Positions 29,283-40,977 of a stretch of 64,000 nucleotides of DNA are shown here, piece by piece. A program made the translations under genes and the position numbers. How positions within the stretch are numbered: position 1 is the stretch's first letter; each line of letters starts with the position of its first letter. Below the pieces are notes generated by a model. It was not told the origin of the DNA. It ran no database searches and was given only the letters and a program-made list of their open reading frames with translations. This DNA is from SAR116 cluster bacterium AG-321-K23 (GTDB lineage Bacteria > Pseudomonadota > Alphaproteobacteria > Puniceispirillales > Marisalimonadaceae): assembly GCA_003284565.1 (NCBI GenBank), contig QBXO01000003.1, positions 16,558 through 80,557 of the forward strand, written 5' to 3'.

Positions 29283-29843
29283 ATGACATCATTACTTATG
29301 CCAAAAGCTACAGCTGTTTGGTTGATAGATAATACTACATTAACTTTTGAACAAATCGCTGAGTTTTGTAGTCTGCATGTCTTAGAAGTTCAAGCCATTG
29401 CTGATGGAGATGTTGGTCACGGTATTTTAGGATTTGATCCAATACTAAATGGGCAACTTACTCAAGAAGAGTTAGACAAATGTTGTAACGATACTTCTTT
29501 ATTTCTTACTAAATCGAACTCTTCATTACCTGAACCTAAAAATAAAAATAAAGGTCCTAAATATATACCCTTAGCAAGGAGAGGCGATAAACCTGACGCA
29601 ATTGCTTGGATTGTAAAAAATCATCCTGAAGTTAAAAATAACCAAATTTCAAAATTAATTGGAACCACAAAAGACACGATTGAAAAAATTAGGACTAGAA
29701 GTCATTGGAATATTTCCAACATTACAGCTAAACACCCTGTTTTATTAAGTTTGTGTACCCAAGATGATTTAGATGATGCAATAATAAAAGCTGGGGGCTC
29801 AATAGACTCTAATAGCGACGAAAGTTTATCCACTAATGATTAA
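29283..29843 (+). CDS. trcR: DUF1013 family protein (TrcR-like transcription regulator)
   Basis: LMPKATAVWLIDNTTLTFEQIAEFC, DKPDAIAW and LIGTTK..I..IR.RSHWN. Confidence 0.85.
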   Translation: MTSLLMPKATAVWLIDNTTLTFEQIAEFCSLHVLEVQAIADGDVGHGILGFDPILNGQLTQEELDKCCNDTSLFLTKSNSSLPEPKNKNKGPKYIPLARRGDKPDAIAWIVKNHPEVKNNQISKLIGTTKDTIEKIRTRSHWNISNITAKHPVLLSLCTQDDLDDAIIKAGGSIDSNSDESLSTND

Positions 29844-29889
29844 TTCTGTGTAAATATTTAAATTTTTTTATTATTGTTAGAGAAAAATA

Positions 29890-30396
29890 TTGGATAATCA
29901 AAAAATAAAGCCATTAGTAGCTATTATCATGGGAAGTCAAAGCGATTGGGAAACTATGAAATTCTCCCAGGACATTTTAATTAAACTTAATATTCCTTTT
30001 GTTACTAAAATTATATCTGCACATAGAACGCCTGATAGAATGAACGACTTTGCAAAAACGGCAAAGGAAAGATCAATTCAGATTATTATTGCAGGTGCTG
30101 GAGGTGCTGCTCATCTACCTGGTATGGTTGCTTCCCATACTGACGTACCAGTTATTGGAGTTCCAATAAAAAGTTCTGCTTTAAATGGCCTTGACAGCCT
30201 TTTATCGATAGTCCAAATGCCTAGTGGAGTTCCTGTAGCAACCATGTCAATTGGTAAAGCTGGTGCTATTAATGCAGCTGTTTATGCTGCAAAAATTTTG
30301 AGTTTGTCTGACAATGAAATAAATTCAAAACTAACAGATTGGCTATCTTCTCAGACCAAACAAGTTCCACTTAGACCAAATATGAAAAATGACTAA
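29890..30396 (+). CDS. purE: N5-CAIR mutase
   Basis: [25 protein letters not shown] and SIVQMP. Confidence 0.97.
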   Translation: MDNQKIKPLVAIIMGSQSDWETMKFSQDILIKLNIPFVTKIISAHRTPDRMNDFAKTAKERSIQIIIAGAGGAAHLPGMVASHTDVPVIGVPIKSSALNGLDSLLSIVQMPSGVPVATMSIGKAGAINAAVYAAKILSLSDNEINSKLTDWLSSQTKQVPLRPNMKND

Positions 30397-31474
30397 ACCA
30401 AATAATTTTCCAATATTACCAAATGATGAAAATATATTAGGTATTGTTGGAGGAGGCCAGCTTGGTAAAATGATAGCTTTATCAGCGTCTAAAGCTGGTT
30501 ATAAAACACATTTATATTGTCCCAAAGGTGATAACCCAGCTGAAGCTGTTGTTGACAAAATTACAAACGGACAGTGGGATGATTATGATAAATTGGTTGA
30601 ATTTTCTAATGAAGTATTTTGTGCAACCTCTGAATTTGAAAATATTCCATCTAAATCACTTGAATTATTATCTAATAAAACAAATGTAGTGCCTAGTAGT
30701 TTTGTCTTCAGATGTGCGCAAATACGATCCAAGGAAAAAGAAATAGCAATTAAGTCTGGCTTTTGCGCTCCAAAATGGTTTTTGATAAAAAATGCTGATG
30801 ATTTAATTTCCTCAATTAGAAAAATGCCTCAAGAAGGAATACTTAAAACTAATTCTTTAGGTTATGACGGGAAAGGACAATTAAAAATTGACAAAAATTC
30901 AAATTTTTTTGAAGCTTGGGAAAATTTAGGTTCTGTAGAATGTGTTTTAGAAGAAAAATTAGAGTTCAAAAGAGAAATATCTTTAATGTATTTTAAAAGT
31001 CTTGACGGTTCTGATGGATTTTTTCCTCTGTCCGAAAATTATCATGAAAATGGCATATTAAAAAAAACATCAGCACCTGCTAATTTAGATACAAAAATTG
31101 CGACAGACTTAAAAACAAAAACAAAAAAATTAGCACAAAATTTAAATTTTTATGGTGTTTTAGCTATAGAGTTATTTGAATTATTAGATGGAAATATTTT
31201 ATTCAATGAAATTGCACCAAGACCACACAATTCTTTTCATTGGACACTAAATGGATGCAATAGTAGCCAGTTTGACATTTTAGTTAGAACAATATGTGGA
31301 TTACCAGTTAAAGATGTTGATTGTAACGGGAAATGGGAAATGACTAATTTACTTGGCCAAGATATAAATAATATGGATCTTTATAAAGATCAAAATTACA
31401 TACTACATATCTATGGGAAAAAAAATGTAAAAGCCAACAGAAAAATGGGACATTATAATAGAAATATTTCCTAG
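30389..31474 (+). CDS. purK: N5-CAIR synthetase
   Basis: [29 protein letters not shown] and RKMGH. Confidence 0.95.
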   Translation: MTKPNNFPILPNDENILGIVGGGQLGKMIALSASKAGYKTHLYCPKGDNPAEAVVDKITNGQWDDYDKLVEFSNEVFCATSEFENIPSKSLELLSNKTNVVPSSFVFRCAQIRSKEKEIAIKSGFCAPKWFLIKNADDLISSIRKMPQEGILKTNSLGYDGKGQLKIDKNSNFFEAWENLGSVECVLEEKLEFKREISLMYFKSLDGSDGFFPLSENYHENGILKKTSAPANLDTKIATDLKTKTKKLAQNLNFYGVLAIELFELLDGNILFNEIAPRPHNSFHWTLNGCNSSQFDILVRTICGLPVKDVDCNGKWEMTNLLGQDINNMDLYKDQNYILHIYGKKNVKANRKMGHYNRNIS

Positions 31475-32388
31475 TTATTCATGTGTGTGAAATTGAACGG
31501 TACATCCTGATAAACTTCGTTTATAAAATTTGTAAACAGTAAAAATGCATATGGTCTCCATCTGTTTATTGGTTCAAGATTAATGTCATCATTTGGAAAA
31601 TAATTACTTGGAATGTCTATTTGAGTGTTTTGCGATTTATCTCTTAAAAATTCTTCCTTGAGAGTAATAGCATCATATTCTAAATGATTTAATATAAATA
31701 AATCTTTTGTTTTAGGACATCTTGCCATTCCTACTCCTGAGCTTGATGAAGAAGCTAAAATTTCAAGACCAGCTTTTGTAATTTCGTCTTTTTTATTCTC
31801 TGTATAACGTGAAACTGGCATTGGAAATCTATCAATAAAGCCTTGCATCAATCTATATCGTTTTTCGTTATTTAAGTTATGATCGTAAACACCAAATAAC
31901 TTTTTTTCCATTGAGTGTTTTTCAACATTATGAAGGACTTTTAAAAGAGCTTGAGCTCCCCAACAAATGCCAATTTTTCTAAAAATATTTCTTGATGACC
32001 ATAAAATAATTTTTTTTAATTCATCCCAGTATTTTACCTCATTAAAAGGTACAGTTTCAACAGGTGCCCCTGTAATTATAAGAACGTCATAGAAATTATT
32101 TTTTATGTCCTCTAAAGTTTTATAAAATTCGATAAGATGTTCTTTTCTAGTATTTTTTGGTGAGTATGTCTCTGTAGTCATCAAGGTAAGTTCTATTTGT
32201 AATGGAGATGCCCCGAGTAGTCTTGCAAATTGCACCTCTGTTTCCAGTTTTTTTGGCATTAAATTTAATAGCAAAAACTTTAAAGGTCTTATGTCTTGTT
32301 TTTCCGCAGCACTACTATCAATGACATCTACAATTTCATTTTGAAGAAGTTTTCTTGCAGGCAAATTGTCATGTATTTTAATAGGCAT
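31471..32388 (-). CDS. metA: Homoserine O-acyltransferase, MetA family (likely acetyl-CoA specific)
   Basis: QDIRPL, LNLMP, ITGAPVE, ICWGAQA and HLEYD. Confidence 0.93.
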   Translation of the reverse strand: MPIKIHDNLPARKLLQNEIVDVIDSSAAEKQDIRPLKFLLLNLMPKKLETEVQFARLLGASPLQIELTLMTTETYSPKNTRKEHLIEFYKTLEDIKNNFYDVLIITGAPVETVPFNEVKYWDELKKIILWSSRNIFRKIGICWGAQALLKVLHNVEKHSMEKKLFGVYDHNLNNEKRYRLMQGFIDRFPMPVSRYTENKKDEITKAGLEILASSSSSGVGMARCPKTKDLFILNHLEYDAITLKEEFLRDKSQNTQIDIPSNYFPNDDINLEPINRWRPYAFLLFTNFINEVYQDVPFNFTHMNN

Positions 32389-32408
32389 TTTTATAACTTT
32401 TAAGTTAA

Positions 32409-33152
32409 TTAATTAATGCTTGAATTTTTAATATTATTTATCTTTTTTAAAAAGCTAAAAACAGATTTGATATTAATAGTATTCTTTAAATCGTTAAAAT
32501 TATTTGCCAATTTTGTCACATCAGATAATGGCTTTTTTAAACGAGTAATCTTATTTATACCTTTTAGCCTTCTATCCAAGAAAAATTCAGTTTCAACATT
32601 ATCATTAGAATTATCATTTAACCAAAATAATAACGTTGATGTATATACTGCAGCCAAGGATATTCTTCTTGTATAAAAAGAAAAATCTGTTGACTTATCA
32701 CCGGCTATTCTCCACATGCTATTACAAGTTCTATAAAGTATATTCAAAGATATTTTTGCGTTTATCGGCATTGCAGTTAAAGAAATAGAAGTTCTAACAG
32801 CCTCTTTATATTTCTGACACAAATTTAACCTAATCATAATAATTTTTTTTATTTTTTCAGATACTCTTTCCGGTTTAAATTCTAATAAATCATATTTTTC
32901 TTTAACCTCTAAGTCGATAAGTTCTGAAAACATTTCAATAAAGTCAATTGAGCCATTTTTAAATAAATCTTTGAAAATTTTCATTCTGTAAGAAGAAGTT
33001 TTTTTCTTTTCAAAACCTATATCAATAGCTCCTTGTTCCATTGCTTCCCAAGTCCAACCATCGAAAGGGACATGAGTTAACATTGCTCTAATTAAATCAA
33101 TTCTGATTTGGTTGTAATCTGATGTTTTAGTTTTCATTATCATTGCTATCAA
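32409..33152 (-). CDS. COQ9 family protein (rpsU-divergent)
   Basis: VPFDGW and WRIAGDKSTDFSFYTRR; divergent from rpsU. Confidence 0.9.
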   Translation of the reverse strand: MIAMIMKTKTSDYNQIRIDLIRAMLTHVPFDGWTWEAMEQGAIDIGFEKKKTSSYRMKIFKDLFKNGSIDFIEMFSELIDLEVKEKYDLLEFKPERVSEKIKKIIMIRLNLCQKYKEAVRTSISLTAMPINAKISLNILYRTCNSMWRIAGDKSTDFSFYTRRISLAAVYTSTLLFWLNDNSNDNVETEFFLDRRLKGINKITRLKKPLSDVTKLANNFNDLKNTINIKSVFSFLKKINNIKNSSIN

Positions 33153-33287
33153 ATATTATGTTTATAATTAATTTATTATATGTAAAAATTCAATATAATA
33201 GAAATAAAAACATTAAATAACTTGCAATCACCTAATGTATTGTGTTATTGAGCATTCCTTATGTATAAATAGATATAGGTTCAAAAT

Positions 33288-33491
33288 ATGTACGTGTCCG
33301 TTCGAGACAATAATGTCGACCAAGCTCTTAGAGTTTTAAAAAAGAAAATGCAAAGAGAAGGCATGTTTAGAGAGATGAAAAATAGAAGAGCTTATGAAAA
33401 ACCATCAGAAAGAAAAGCTAGGGAGATGGCCGAAAGTACAAGAAGAGTTAGAAAACTTATGAGGAAAAGGTTAGAAAGAGAAGGTTATTAA
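33288..33491 (+). CDS. rpsU: 30S ribosomal protein S21
   Basis: [21 protein letters not shown] and YEKPSE. Confidence 0.98.
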   Translation: MYVSVRDNNVDQALRVLKKKMQREGMFREMKNRRAYEKPSERKAREMAESTRRVRKLMRKRLEREGY

Positions 33492-33517
33492 TAATAAATT
33501 TGTAAACCTTTAGCATG

Positions 33518-33547
33518 AGCCGCATATTCTAATTGCGGTTTTTTTTT
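33518..33547 (+). terminator. Rho-independent terminator after rpsU
   Basis: AGCCGCA-tattctaat-TGCGGTT followed by a T-run. Confidence 0.8.
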
Positions 33548-33613
33548 GAACTGAGAAAATAAATTTTGATTAAATTATATTAAATTTATTTAATACCTGC
33601 CGGAGTTATTTAG

Positions 33614-35176
33614 ATGATCATAGGAAGCCCTAAAGAAATATTTAAAGGTGAGAACCGAGTAGCACTTACTCCTGAAAGTGCTAAACAATTGCAAAAATTA
33701 GGTTATACGTGTCTTTTAGAATCTGGTGCGGGTATTAATGCTAATTTTTCAGACAAAGATTATAAAAATTCTGGGGTAAAAGTTGTCAAGAATTCAAATG
33801 AACTTTGGAAGCAATCAGATATAATTTTGAAAGTAAGAGGGCCAGAAAAATCAGAATTATCAAAAATAAAACTAAAACATCATATCATAAGTTTTATATG
33901 GCCTAATCAAAACAAATCCCTACTTGAAACTTTAAAAAAGAAAAAAGTTACAGTTCAAGCTATGGATATGATACCCAGAATTAGTAGAGCTCAGAAAATG
34001 GATGCTTTATCTTCTATGGCTAACATAGCTGGTTATAGAGCAATAATTGAAGCTGGAAACCAATTTGGAAGATTTTTTACTGGCCAAATAACAGCAGCTG
34101 GAAAAGTTCCTCCAGCTAAAGTTCTTGTCATTGGGGCTGGCGTTGCTGGACTTGCTGCAATAGGTGCTGCTCAATCAATGGGTGCAATTGTAAGAGCTTT
34201 TGATGTTAGACCAGAGGTTGCTGAACAAATAGAATCAATGGGCGCAGAATTTTTAATGCTCAATTTTGAATCAGATGGCACTGGTGAAGGAGGTTACGCA
34301 AAACCTGCTTCTAAAGAATTTATAAAAAAAGAAATGGAATTATTTAGAAAACAAGCACCAGAAATTGATATAGTGATTACAACTGCTCTTATTCCTGGAA
34401 TGCCTGCACCTAAATTATGGCCAAAGGAAATGGTTGATCTAATGAAGCCTGGTTCAGTAATAGTAGATTTAGCTGCTGAACAAGGTGGAAACTGCGAAGT
34501 TACTGTTCCTAATAAAGTTATAGAAACAAAAAATAAAGTAAAGGTTATTGGATTTACAGATTTACCAAGTAGAATGGCTACACAATCCTCTAGTTTATAT
34601 TCTACAAATATACGTCACATGGTTGATGACTTAACCCCACAAAAAGACGGAACACCATTTACCAACATGGAAGATGATGTGATAAGAGGTGCTACGGTTC
34701 TTCATGAAGGTAAAATAACCTTTCCTCCACCAAAACCAAAAATTGTAGCTATTGCTAAACATGATACAAAAAAAATTAAAGAAAAGACGCCAGAAGAGGT
34801 GGCTCAGGATGAAATAAATGCAGAAAAAAAAGCCGGAAAATTACAATTCTTACTTTTAACAATTGGTGCTCTTCTGACTTGGTTCATAGGTTATTATGCA
34901 CCATCAGAGTTTATGCAACATTTTATCGTCTTTATTTTATCATGTTTTGTAGGTTATCAAGTTATATGGAACGTTTCACATTCACTTCATACACCTTTGA
35001 TGGCTGTTACAAATGCTATCTCAAGCATAGTGATAATTGGTGCCTTGTTACAAATGAGGACTGAAAACGATGTTGTGAGTATCTTAGCCTTAATTTCTAT
35101 TTTTATTGCTACTATAAATATTGTTGGCGGTTTTATGGTTACAAAAAGAATGTTATCAATGTTTCAGAGAAGTTAA
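33614..35176 (+). CDS. pntA: NAD(P) transhydrogenase alpha subunit
   Basis: ENRVALTP, RAQKMDALSSMANIAGYRA, GAGVAG and HSLHTPLMAVTNAIS. Confidence 0.98.
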   Translation: MIIGSPKEIFKGENRVALTPESAKQLQKLGYTCLLESGAGINANFSDKDYKNSGVKVVKNSNELWKQSDIILKVRGPEKSELSKIKLKHHIISFIWPNQNKSLLETLKKKKVTVQAMDMIPRISRAQKMDALSSMANIAGYRAIIEAGNQFGRFFTGQITAAGKVPPAKVLVIGAGVAGLAAIGAAQSMGAIVRAFDVRPEVAEQIESMGAEFLMLNFESDGTGEGGYAKPASKEFIKKEMELFRKQAPEIDIVITTALIPGMPAPKLWPKEMVDLMKPGSVIVDLAAEQGGNCEVTVPNKVIETKNKVKVIGFTDLPSRMATQSSSLYSTNIRHMVDDLTPQKDGTPFTNMEDDVIRGATVLHEGKITFPPPKPKIVAIAKHDTKKIKEKTPEEVAQDEINAEKKAGKLQFLLLTIGALLTWFIGYYAPSEFMQHFIVFILSCFVGYQVIWNVSHSLHTPLMAVTNAISSIVIIGALLQMRTENDVVSILALISIFIATINIVGGFMVTKRMLSMFQRS

Positions 35177-35190
35177 AAAAGGATTATTAG

Positions 35191-36573
35191 ATGACTATTG
35201 GATTACTAACTGCTTCATATATAACATCTAGTGTACTTTTCATACTTGCATTAGGTGGGTTAAGCAATCAAGAAAAAGCAAAAAGAGCTGTCTGGTATGG
35301 TATTGTTGGAATGGTTATTGCTGTTTTTGCAACAATTTATGGTAATCAAGTTTTTTCTACCGAATGGATAAATTGGCTTATAGCTGCAATTTTAATTGGC
35401 TCTATAATAGGCGCAATTGTGGCTAAAAAAGTACAGATGACAGGCATGCCTCAACTGGTAGCCGCCCTTCACTCATTTGTAGGTTTAGCTGCTGTTTTTA
35501 TTGGAATAAACTCTGCTATGTTACCCCACTCTGATATGAATTCTACTCAGTATATGATCCATAATGTTGAAGTTTTTATTGGGGTGTTTATCGGAGCAAT
35601 CACATTTACTGGTTCTATAGTGGCATTTGGAAAATTATCTGAATTGATAACTGGTAAGGCATTAATTTTACCTGGGAGACACTTATTGAATTTAATCATG
35701 TTATTTTCCTGTTTAGCATTAGGTTATATGTTTTTGATTGGTGAGGGTAATTGGACACTAATAGTGATGACTATGATAGCGTTTGTTATAGGAGCTCACC
35801 TTGTTATGGCGATCGGTGGCGCAGATATGCCAGTTGTTGTTTCAATGCTAAACTCATATTCGGGATGGGCAGCAGCTGCAACAGGTTTTATGCTTGGTAA
35901 TGACCTGCTCATTGTCACTGGTGCTTTGGTTGGATCTTCTGGAGCTATTTTATCATATATTATGTGTAAAGCCATGAATCGTAAATTTCTATCTGTTATT
36001 TTAGGTGGGTGGGGTGATGTAACAGGTCCTACAATGGATATCGAAGGTGAAATGAAACCAATAGATATAGATTCTGTAGCGGCTGCATTAAATGATGCAA
36101 ATAAAATTATAATTGTTCCAGGTTATGGTATGGCAGTAGCACAAGCCCAAAGTACTGTTTCTGAATTAACCTCTAGACTAAGAGCTAAAAATAAAGAAGT
36201 AAGATTCGGAATTCATCCCGTTGCAGGAAGACTTCCAGGTCACATGAACGTTCTATTAGCAGAGGCTAAAGTTCCATATGATATTGTTCTTGAAATGGAA
36301 GAAATAAATGATGATTTTCCTGATACAGATGTGGTTATGATACTGGGAGCTAATGATATTGTTAATCCAGCTGCCCAAGAGGATCCTAATAGTCCAATTG
36401 CTGGAATGCCTGTTTTGGAAGTTTGGAAAGCGAAACAGGTTTTTATTTCAAAAAGAGGTCAAGGTAGAGGTTATTCCGGAATTGAAAATCCATTGTTTTT
36501 TAGAGATAATTCTAGAATGGTTTATGGAGACGCAAAAAAGTCTCTGGACACAATTTTACAAAGTATAAATTAA
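35191..36573 (+). CDS. pntB: NAD(P) transhydrogenase beta subunit
   Basis: [38 protein letters not shown] and [13 protein letters not shown]. Confidence 0.98.
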   Translation: MTIGLLTASYITSSVLFILALGGLSNQEKAKRAVWYGIVGMVIAVFATIYGNQVFSTEWINWLIAAILIGSIIGAIVAKKVQMTGMPQLVAALHSFVGLAAVFIGINSAMLPHSDMNSTQYMIHNVEVFIGVFIGAITFTGSIVAFGKLSELITGKALILPGRHLLNLIMLFSCLALGYMFLIGEGNWTLIVMTMIAFVIGAHLVMAIGGADMPVVVSMLNSYSGWAAAATGFMLGNDLLIVTGALVGSSGAILSYIMCKAMNRKFLSVILGGWGDVTGPTMDIEGEMKPIDIDSVAAALNDANKIIIVPGYGMAVAQAQSTVSELTSRLRAKNKEVRFGIHPVAGRLPGHMNVLLAEAKVPYDIVLEMEEINDDFPDTDVVMILGANDIVNPAAQEDPNSPIAGMPVLEVWKAKQVFISKRGQGRGYSGIENPLFFRDNSRMVYGDAKKSLDTILQSIN

Positions 36574-36575
36574 TT

Positions 36576-37949
36576 TTATTTGCCTGACATTAAACCTGAT
36601 TGTTTTAAAGCTTTACTTTGCCTCTTAGACAAAATCTTTTCATCAAAGTCACTAACCAAATCATGAAAAATTCTATACCAGTTAATTTCTGCTTTTAAAT
36701 GCATGAACACTGATCCTAATCCGACGGCGGCTCTATCCATTAATACAAATTCTCTTGGAGGTTTGACACCTCCAATTTTTTTTAATTCTTCATGAACTTT
36801 TTCTGCCGTTTCTCTTCCATATTGTCCAGACTCGCTCGGATTGATCAACCTAACTTTATCTTCTAGTAAAGGTTGATATATAAAGTTTGCCCAAATATTT
36901 AAAACACCAATTAATTCTTTTGAAGGGTTTTCAAAACCCCAACTTTTGTAGGCATTTACTGCTTTTTCTTCATCACCATCCCTTAAAGCTTTATAAAGCT
37001 CAATTACTCCTGTTACAAAATCTGGTCTAAAGATACGTATACAACCAAAATCCATTAAATTAACTCCTCCATCGGGACGTATTGTATAATTTCCAAGATG
37101 AGGGTCTCCATGGATTACTCCATATTTATAAAATGGGATGTACCAAGCTTTAAACATATTTAAAGCGACTTGATTTCTGATTTTGATATCATTGTTTTTA
37201 GCAATAAAATCCATAATTTTTGAGCCATCTATCCTTGTCATCGTTAAAAGTCTATTTGTTGATAATTCATTAATAGGAATAGGAAGTGTAATTTGATCTA
37301 AATCAGATAACATATGCCTATACAATTTTAAATTTTTAATTTCATGGGAATAATTAAGTTCTTCTTTGAGCCTGTCTGACAACTCTTCATGTATTGCTTC
37401 AGTAGAAATTGCAGTATCGTATTTTTCATATAATGAAAATATTAATTTAAGTTGTTTTAGATCAGCTTGAACTGCAGAGCCCATATCAGGATATTGTAAC
37501 TTACAGGCTAATTTTTTTCCTTTGACGTCTTCAGCAAAATGAACTTGACCTAAAGATGCTGCAGCTGATGCTTGTTTATCAAAAGCTTTAAAATGAGTTA
37601 ACCAGTTTTCTCCTAACTCAGCTTTCATTCTTCTTTTAACAAAAAGCCAACCCATTGAGGGAGCATCTGCTTGAAGATGAGATAATTCATTTACATACTC
37701 TTTAGGTAGAGCGTCAGGAATTGTAGCAAGAATTTGAGCAACTTTCATAAGTGGACCTTTTAGCCCTCCTAATGCTGATCTTAAATCAGAAGCATGTTGT
37801 TCTCTATTTATTTTAATTCCTAAATATCTTTCACCAGCTAGTCTAGCAGCAAGACCTCCCATTGCGGTGGTCACTTTTGCATACCGTCTTAGTCTTCCAC
37901 CAGTCATTGAAGAGCTTAGCTCGTCTTGAATATTACTCTCTTTACTCAT
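36576..37949 (-). CDS. ABC1/AarF/UbiB atypical kinase family protein (COQ8-like)
   Basis: LKGPLMKVAQ, AAASLGQVH, KLQYP, HGDPHLGN and DFG. Confidence 0.9.
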   Translation of the reverse strand: MSKESNIQDELSSSMTGGRLRRYAKVTTAMGGLAARLAGERYLGIKINREQHASDLRSALGGLKGPLMKVAQILATIPDALPKEYVNELSHLQADAPSMGWLFVKRRMKAELGENWLTHFKAFDKQASAAASLGQVHFAEDVKGKKLACKLQYPDMGSAVQADLKQLKLIFSLYEKYDTAISTEAIHEELSDRLKEELNYSHEIKNLKLYRHMLSDLDQITLPIPINELSTNRLLTMTRIDGSKIMDFIAKNNDIKIRNQVALNMFKAWYIPFYKYGVIHGDPHLGNYTIRPDGGVNLMDFGCIRIFRPDFVTGVIELYKALRDGDEEKAVNAYKSWGFENPSKELIGVLNIWANFIYQPLLEDKVRLINPSESGQYGRETAEKVHEELKKIGGVKPPREFVLMDRAAVGLGSVFMHLKAEINWYRIFHDLVSDFDEKILSKRQSKALKQSGLMSGK

Positions 37950-37975
37950 AAAAGTTTAAACCTTTAAATATTTAG

Positions 37976-39766
37976 TTAATTTTCCAACTCTTCTAGTTCG
38001 TCCATTAATCCAGTTATCATCGTAATACCTTTTTTCCAAAAGCTACTATCATAGGCACTTAAATTAAAAGGTTTTAGCAAATCATTGTGACTTTTTGTTC
38101 CTCCTGATGATAACATTTCAATATAGTTTTTTGAAAAAATTTCTTTATCACTTTTTTGATATGCATACCAAAGTGCGTTAACCAAACCATCCCCAAAAGC
38201 ATAAGCATACACATAAAATGGAGTATGGACAAAGTGGGGGATGTATCCCCACAAGAACCTATAATCTTCACCAAGATTAATATGAGGACCAACTGCATGA
38301 GACTGTGTCTTCATCCAAATATCACTTATTTCATCAGGTGTTAATTCAGATTTTATTCTTGCTTCATGAAACTGAACCTCGAATTGGTGAAATCCTATTT
38401 GTCTAGCGACAGTATTTAACATATCTTCTATTTTGCCAGACAATAATTGTTTTTTTTGTTCAATTGGACTTTTATCTAACAACTTTCTAAATACCAACAT
38501 TTCACCAAAAACTGATGCTGTTTCAGCAAGTGTCAAAGGTGTTTCTGCCATTAATAATCCATTTTTACCTGCAAGAATTTGATGAACACCGTGACCAAGT
38601 TCATGAGCCAGTGTCATAACGTCTCTGATTTTTCCTTGATAATTTACTAATATATATGGGTGCAAAGATGGAACTGAAGGATGAGCAAAAGCACCAGATG
38701 CTTTTCCTTTTCTTAAGCTTGCATCTATCCAATTATTTTTAAAAAACAATTTTGCAAGATTTGAAATTTCTGGGTGAAATGAAGAAAATGATTCTAAGAT
38801 AATATCTCTGGCCTCAGACCATTGTATAAGTTTTTCTGAAGATTGAGGCAATGGTGCATTTCTATCCCACCAATCAAGTTTGGTCTGGCCAAATTGATTT
38901 GCTTTCCATTTATAATATCTATGAGTGAGTTCAGGCATAGCTTTATCAACCGTATTTACTAGTTTGTCTACAACCTCATCCTCAACGTCATTGTCAAGAT
39001 TTCTAGAGGACATAATTCTTTTAAAACCCCTTTTATTGTCTTCTATGAACCTATCTCTTGAAATCACATTAAGTATCATTCCAAAAATACGCTTATTGTT
39101 TTTTAAAATTTCAGAGAGTGATTTTCCTGCAAGTTTTCTTGTTTCTGGATCTGCATCAGACAACAAGTTTAAAATTTCAGCTTCAGTAAGTAATTTTTTT
39201 TTGAAAGGAAAACGTAATGCTGCTGATGTCTCATCAAATAATCTTATCCATGCAGACCTGCCGGTAGCAGATTTTTCAATCAAAATCTCTTCTACAAGAG
39301 GATCAAGAAGATAAGGGTTTCTTTTTCTTAATATATTTAGATACGGTTCCCATCTGTTTGCTTCTTTATCACTTAACCAATTCTTAATTGTATTATCATC
39401 TACTTTTGAAAGTTCTAATGTAACAAAAATGAGAGTGGATAGAATTTCTGTAATTTCATCAGATAAGGTCGAGTTGTATTTTGAAATTTCAGGGTCTTCC
39501 ATATTTGTAGCAAAAGTTAAGCTACTATGTGTTGCAATCTTATAAATAGCTTCATTAATTTCTTGATATTCATTTATACAAATCAAAAAATCTGACGAAC
39601 TTAAGTTATTTATTTGCCCCTTCCATTTTTTTAGAAAATTATTTGCTGACTCTCTTATATTTTTAATATCTTTGTTTATTTTTGGGTCTTTAATATTTTT
39701 ATATATTTCTGAAAGATCCCAAATTGGTAATTCATTGTTAATTTTATTTAAATGCATTTCATTCAT
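37976..39766 (-). CDS. pepF: M3 family oligoendopeptidase F
   Basis: WDLSEIY, GKASGAF, TLAHELGHGVH, AETAS and HFVHTPFYVYAYAFG. Confidence 0.92.
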   Translation of the reverse strand: MNEMHLNKINNELPIWDLSEIYKNIKDPKINKDIKNIRESANNFLKKWKGQINNLSSSDFLICINEYQEINEAIYKIATHSSLTFATNMEDPEISKYNSTLSDEITEILSTLIFVTLELSKVDDNTIKNWLSDKEANRWEPYLNILRKRNPYLLDPLVEEILIEKSATGRSAWIRLFDETSAALRFPFKKKLLTEAEILNLLSDADPETRKLAGKSLSEILKNNKRIFGMILNVISRDRFIEDNKRGFKRIMSSRNLDNDVEDEVVDKLVNTVDKAMPELTHRYYKWKANQFGQTKLDWWDRNAPLPQSSEKLIQWSEARDIILESFSSFHPEISNLAKLFFKNNWIDASLRKGKASGAFAHPSVPSLHPYILVNYQGKIRDVMTLAHELGHGVHQILAGKNGLLMAETPLTLAETASVFGEMLVFRKLLDKSPIEQKKQLLSGKIEDMLNTVARQIGFHQFEVQFHEARIKSELTPDEISDIWMKTQSHAVGPHINLGEDYRFLWGYIPHFVHTPFYVYAYAFGDGLVNALWYAYQKSDKEIFSKNYIEMLSSGGTKSHNDLLKPFNLSAYDSSFWKKGITMITGLMDELEELEN

Positions 39767-39791
39767 TTTAAATTTTCAACCTCAATTTATT

Positions 39792-40682
39792 TTATTTTAA
39801 AAAGTTATTAATATTATTTATAATTTCCTCAGGATTTTCTTCAGCTAGATAATGACCAGTATTTACACCATAACCTCTAACTTCTTGAACACAATATTTT
39901 TGCCAGATTTTTAGGGGTTCATACCATTTTTCTATCTTACCTTTTTTACCCCACAAAACTAGTATTGGCATTTTAATTCTTAAATTTTGCTTTCTACTTA
40001 TGTTATCATCTTTCAAATCAATAGAAGCTGCAGCTCTATAATCCTCACAAATAGATCTAATAGTTTTAGGATTTTTAACACACTCTAGGTAATCGGCTAA
40101 TGCTTTGGGAGCAAAAAAATCTCTATCCTTCTTCTCTCGTGAAGTATGTGCGAAGAACCACTCCTCAGGTGCTTTGTTAATAACTGATTCTGGTATGGGA
40201 TATCTCTGTGCCAGCCAAAACCAATGATAGTAACCCATAGCAAATTCTTTGTTAGTTCTCTCAAAATGTTCAATAGTTGGTATTATGTCTAATAAGATTA
40301 TTTTTATAACTTTGTCAGGATAATCTAATGCTAATCTATGACCTATTCTTGCACCTCTATCATGTCCAACAAGGTAGAACGTTTTATATCCTAACAAACT
40401 CATTAACTCATTCATATCTGAGGCCATGCTAACTTTTGAGTAATTTTGATGATCTTTAGATATTTTTGGTTTATAGGATTTTCCATAACCTGGAATATCT
40501 GGACAAATAATCGTAAATGTCTTTGTTAGAGCTGGAGCTACTTTATGCCACATTACATGTGTTTGTGGATTTCCGTGTAACATAAGCAAAGCCGGTCCAT
40601 GACCAGCTTTTCTAAATCGGATAGATCCATTTTTAATTTTAATTGTAGAAATTTCAAAATCTTCAAAAAAGTTAATTGCCAT
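39792..40682 (-). CDS. Alpha/beta hydrolase, haloacetate (fluoroacetate) dehalogenase-like
   Basis: LHGNPQTH, GHDRGAR, LLDIIP, YYHWFW, CEDYRA and GHYLAEE. Confidence 0.82.
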   Translation of the reverse strand: MAINFFEDFEISTIKIKNGSIRFRKAGHGPALLMLHGNPQTHVMWHKVAPALTKTFTIICPDIPGYGKSYKPKISKDHQNYSKVSMASDMNELMSLLGYKTFYLVGHDRGARIGHRLALDYPDKVIKIILLDIIPTIEHFERTNKEFAMGYYHWFWLAQRYPIPESVINKAPEEWFFAHTSREKKDRDFFAPKALADYLECVKNPKTIRSICEDYRAAASIDLKDDNISRKQNLRIKMPILVLWGKKGKIEKWYEPLKIWQKYCVQEVRGYGVNTGHYLAEENPEEIINNINNFLK

Positions 40683-40977
40683 TTTGATCCTTAAGGATTT
40701 TTATGAAAACTGATATTTGATCATATGGAAGATATAATCACCTAGAAATATAATACAACATCATAGATCTATTATTTCCTAATTTTACTCTTATAAACGT
40801 TTACTTAAGATTTTAATAATATATGGAGTTTTTTTTAAGGTTGAGATTTTATATAAAAATTATTTTTTTCTTTTGGTAATAATGAAGTTAAAAGTTCTTC
40901 ATTAACATATTTTTAAGTAAAAATACTCTATTTCATATGGAATTAATTTAGATTTCTAAATAATATTTTTTAAATGA

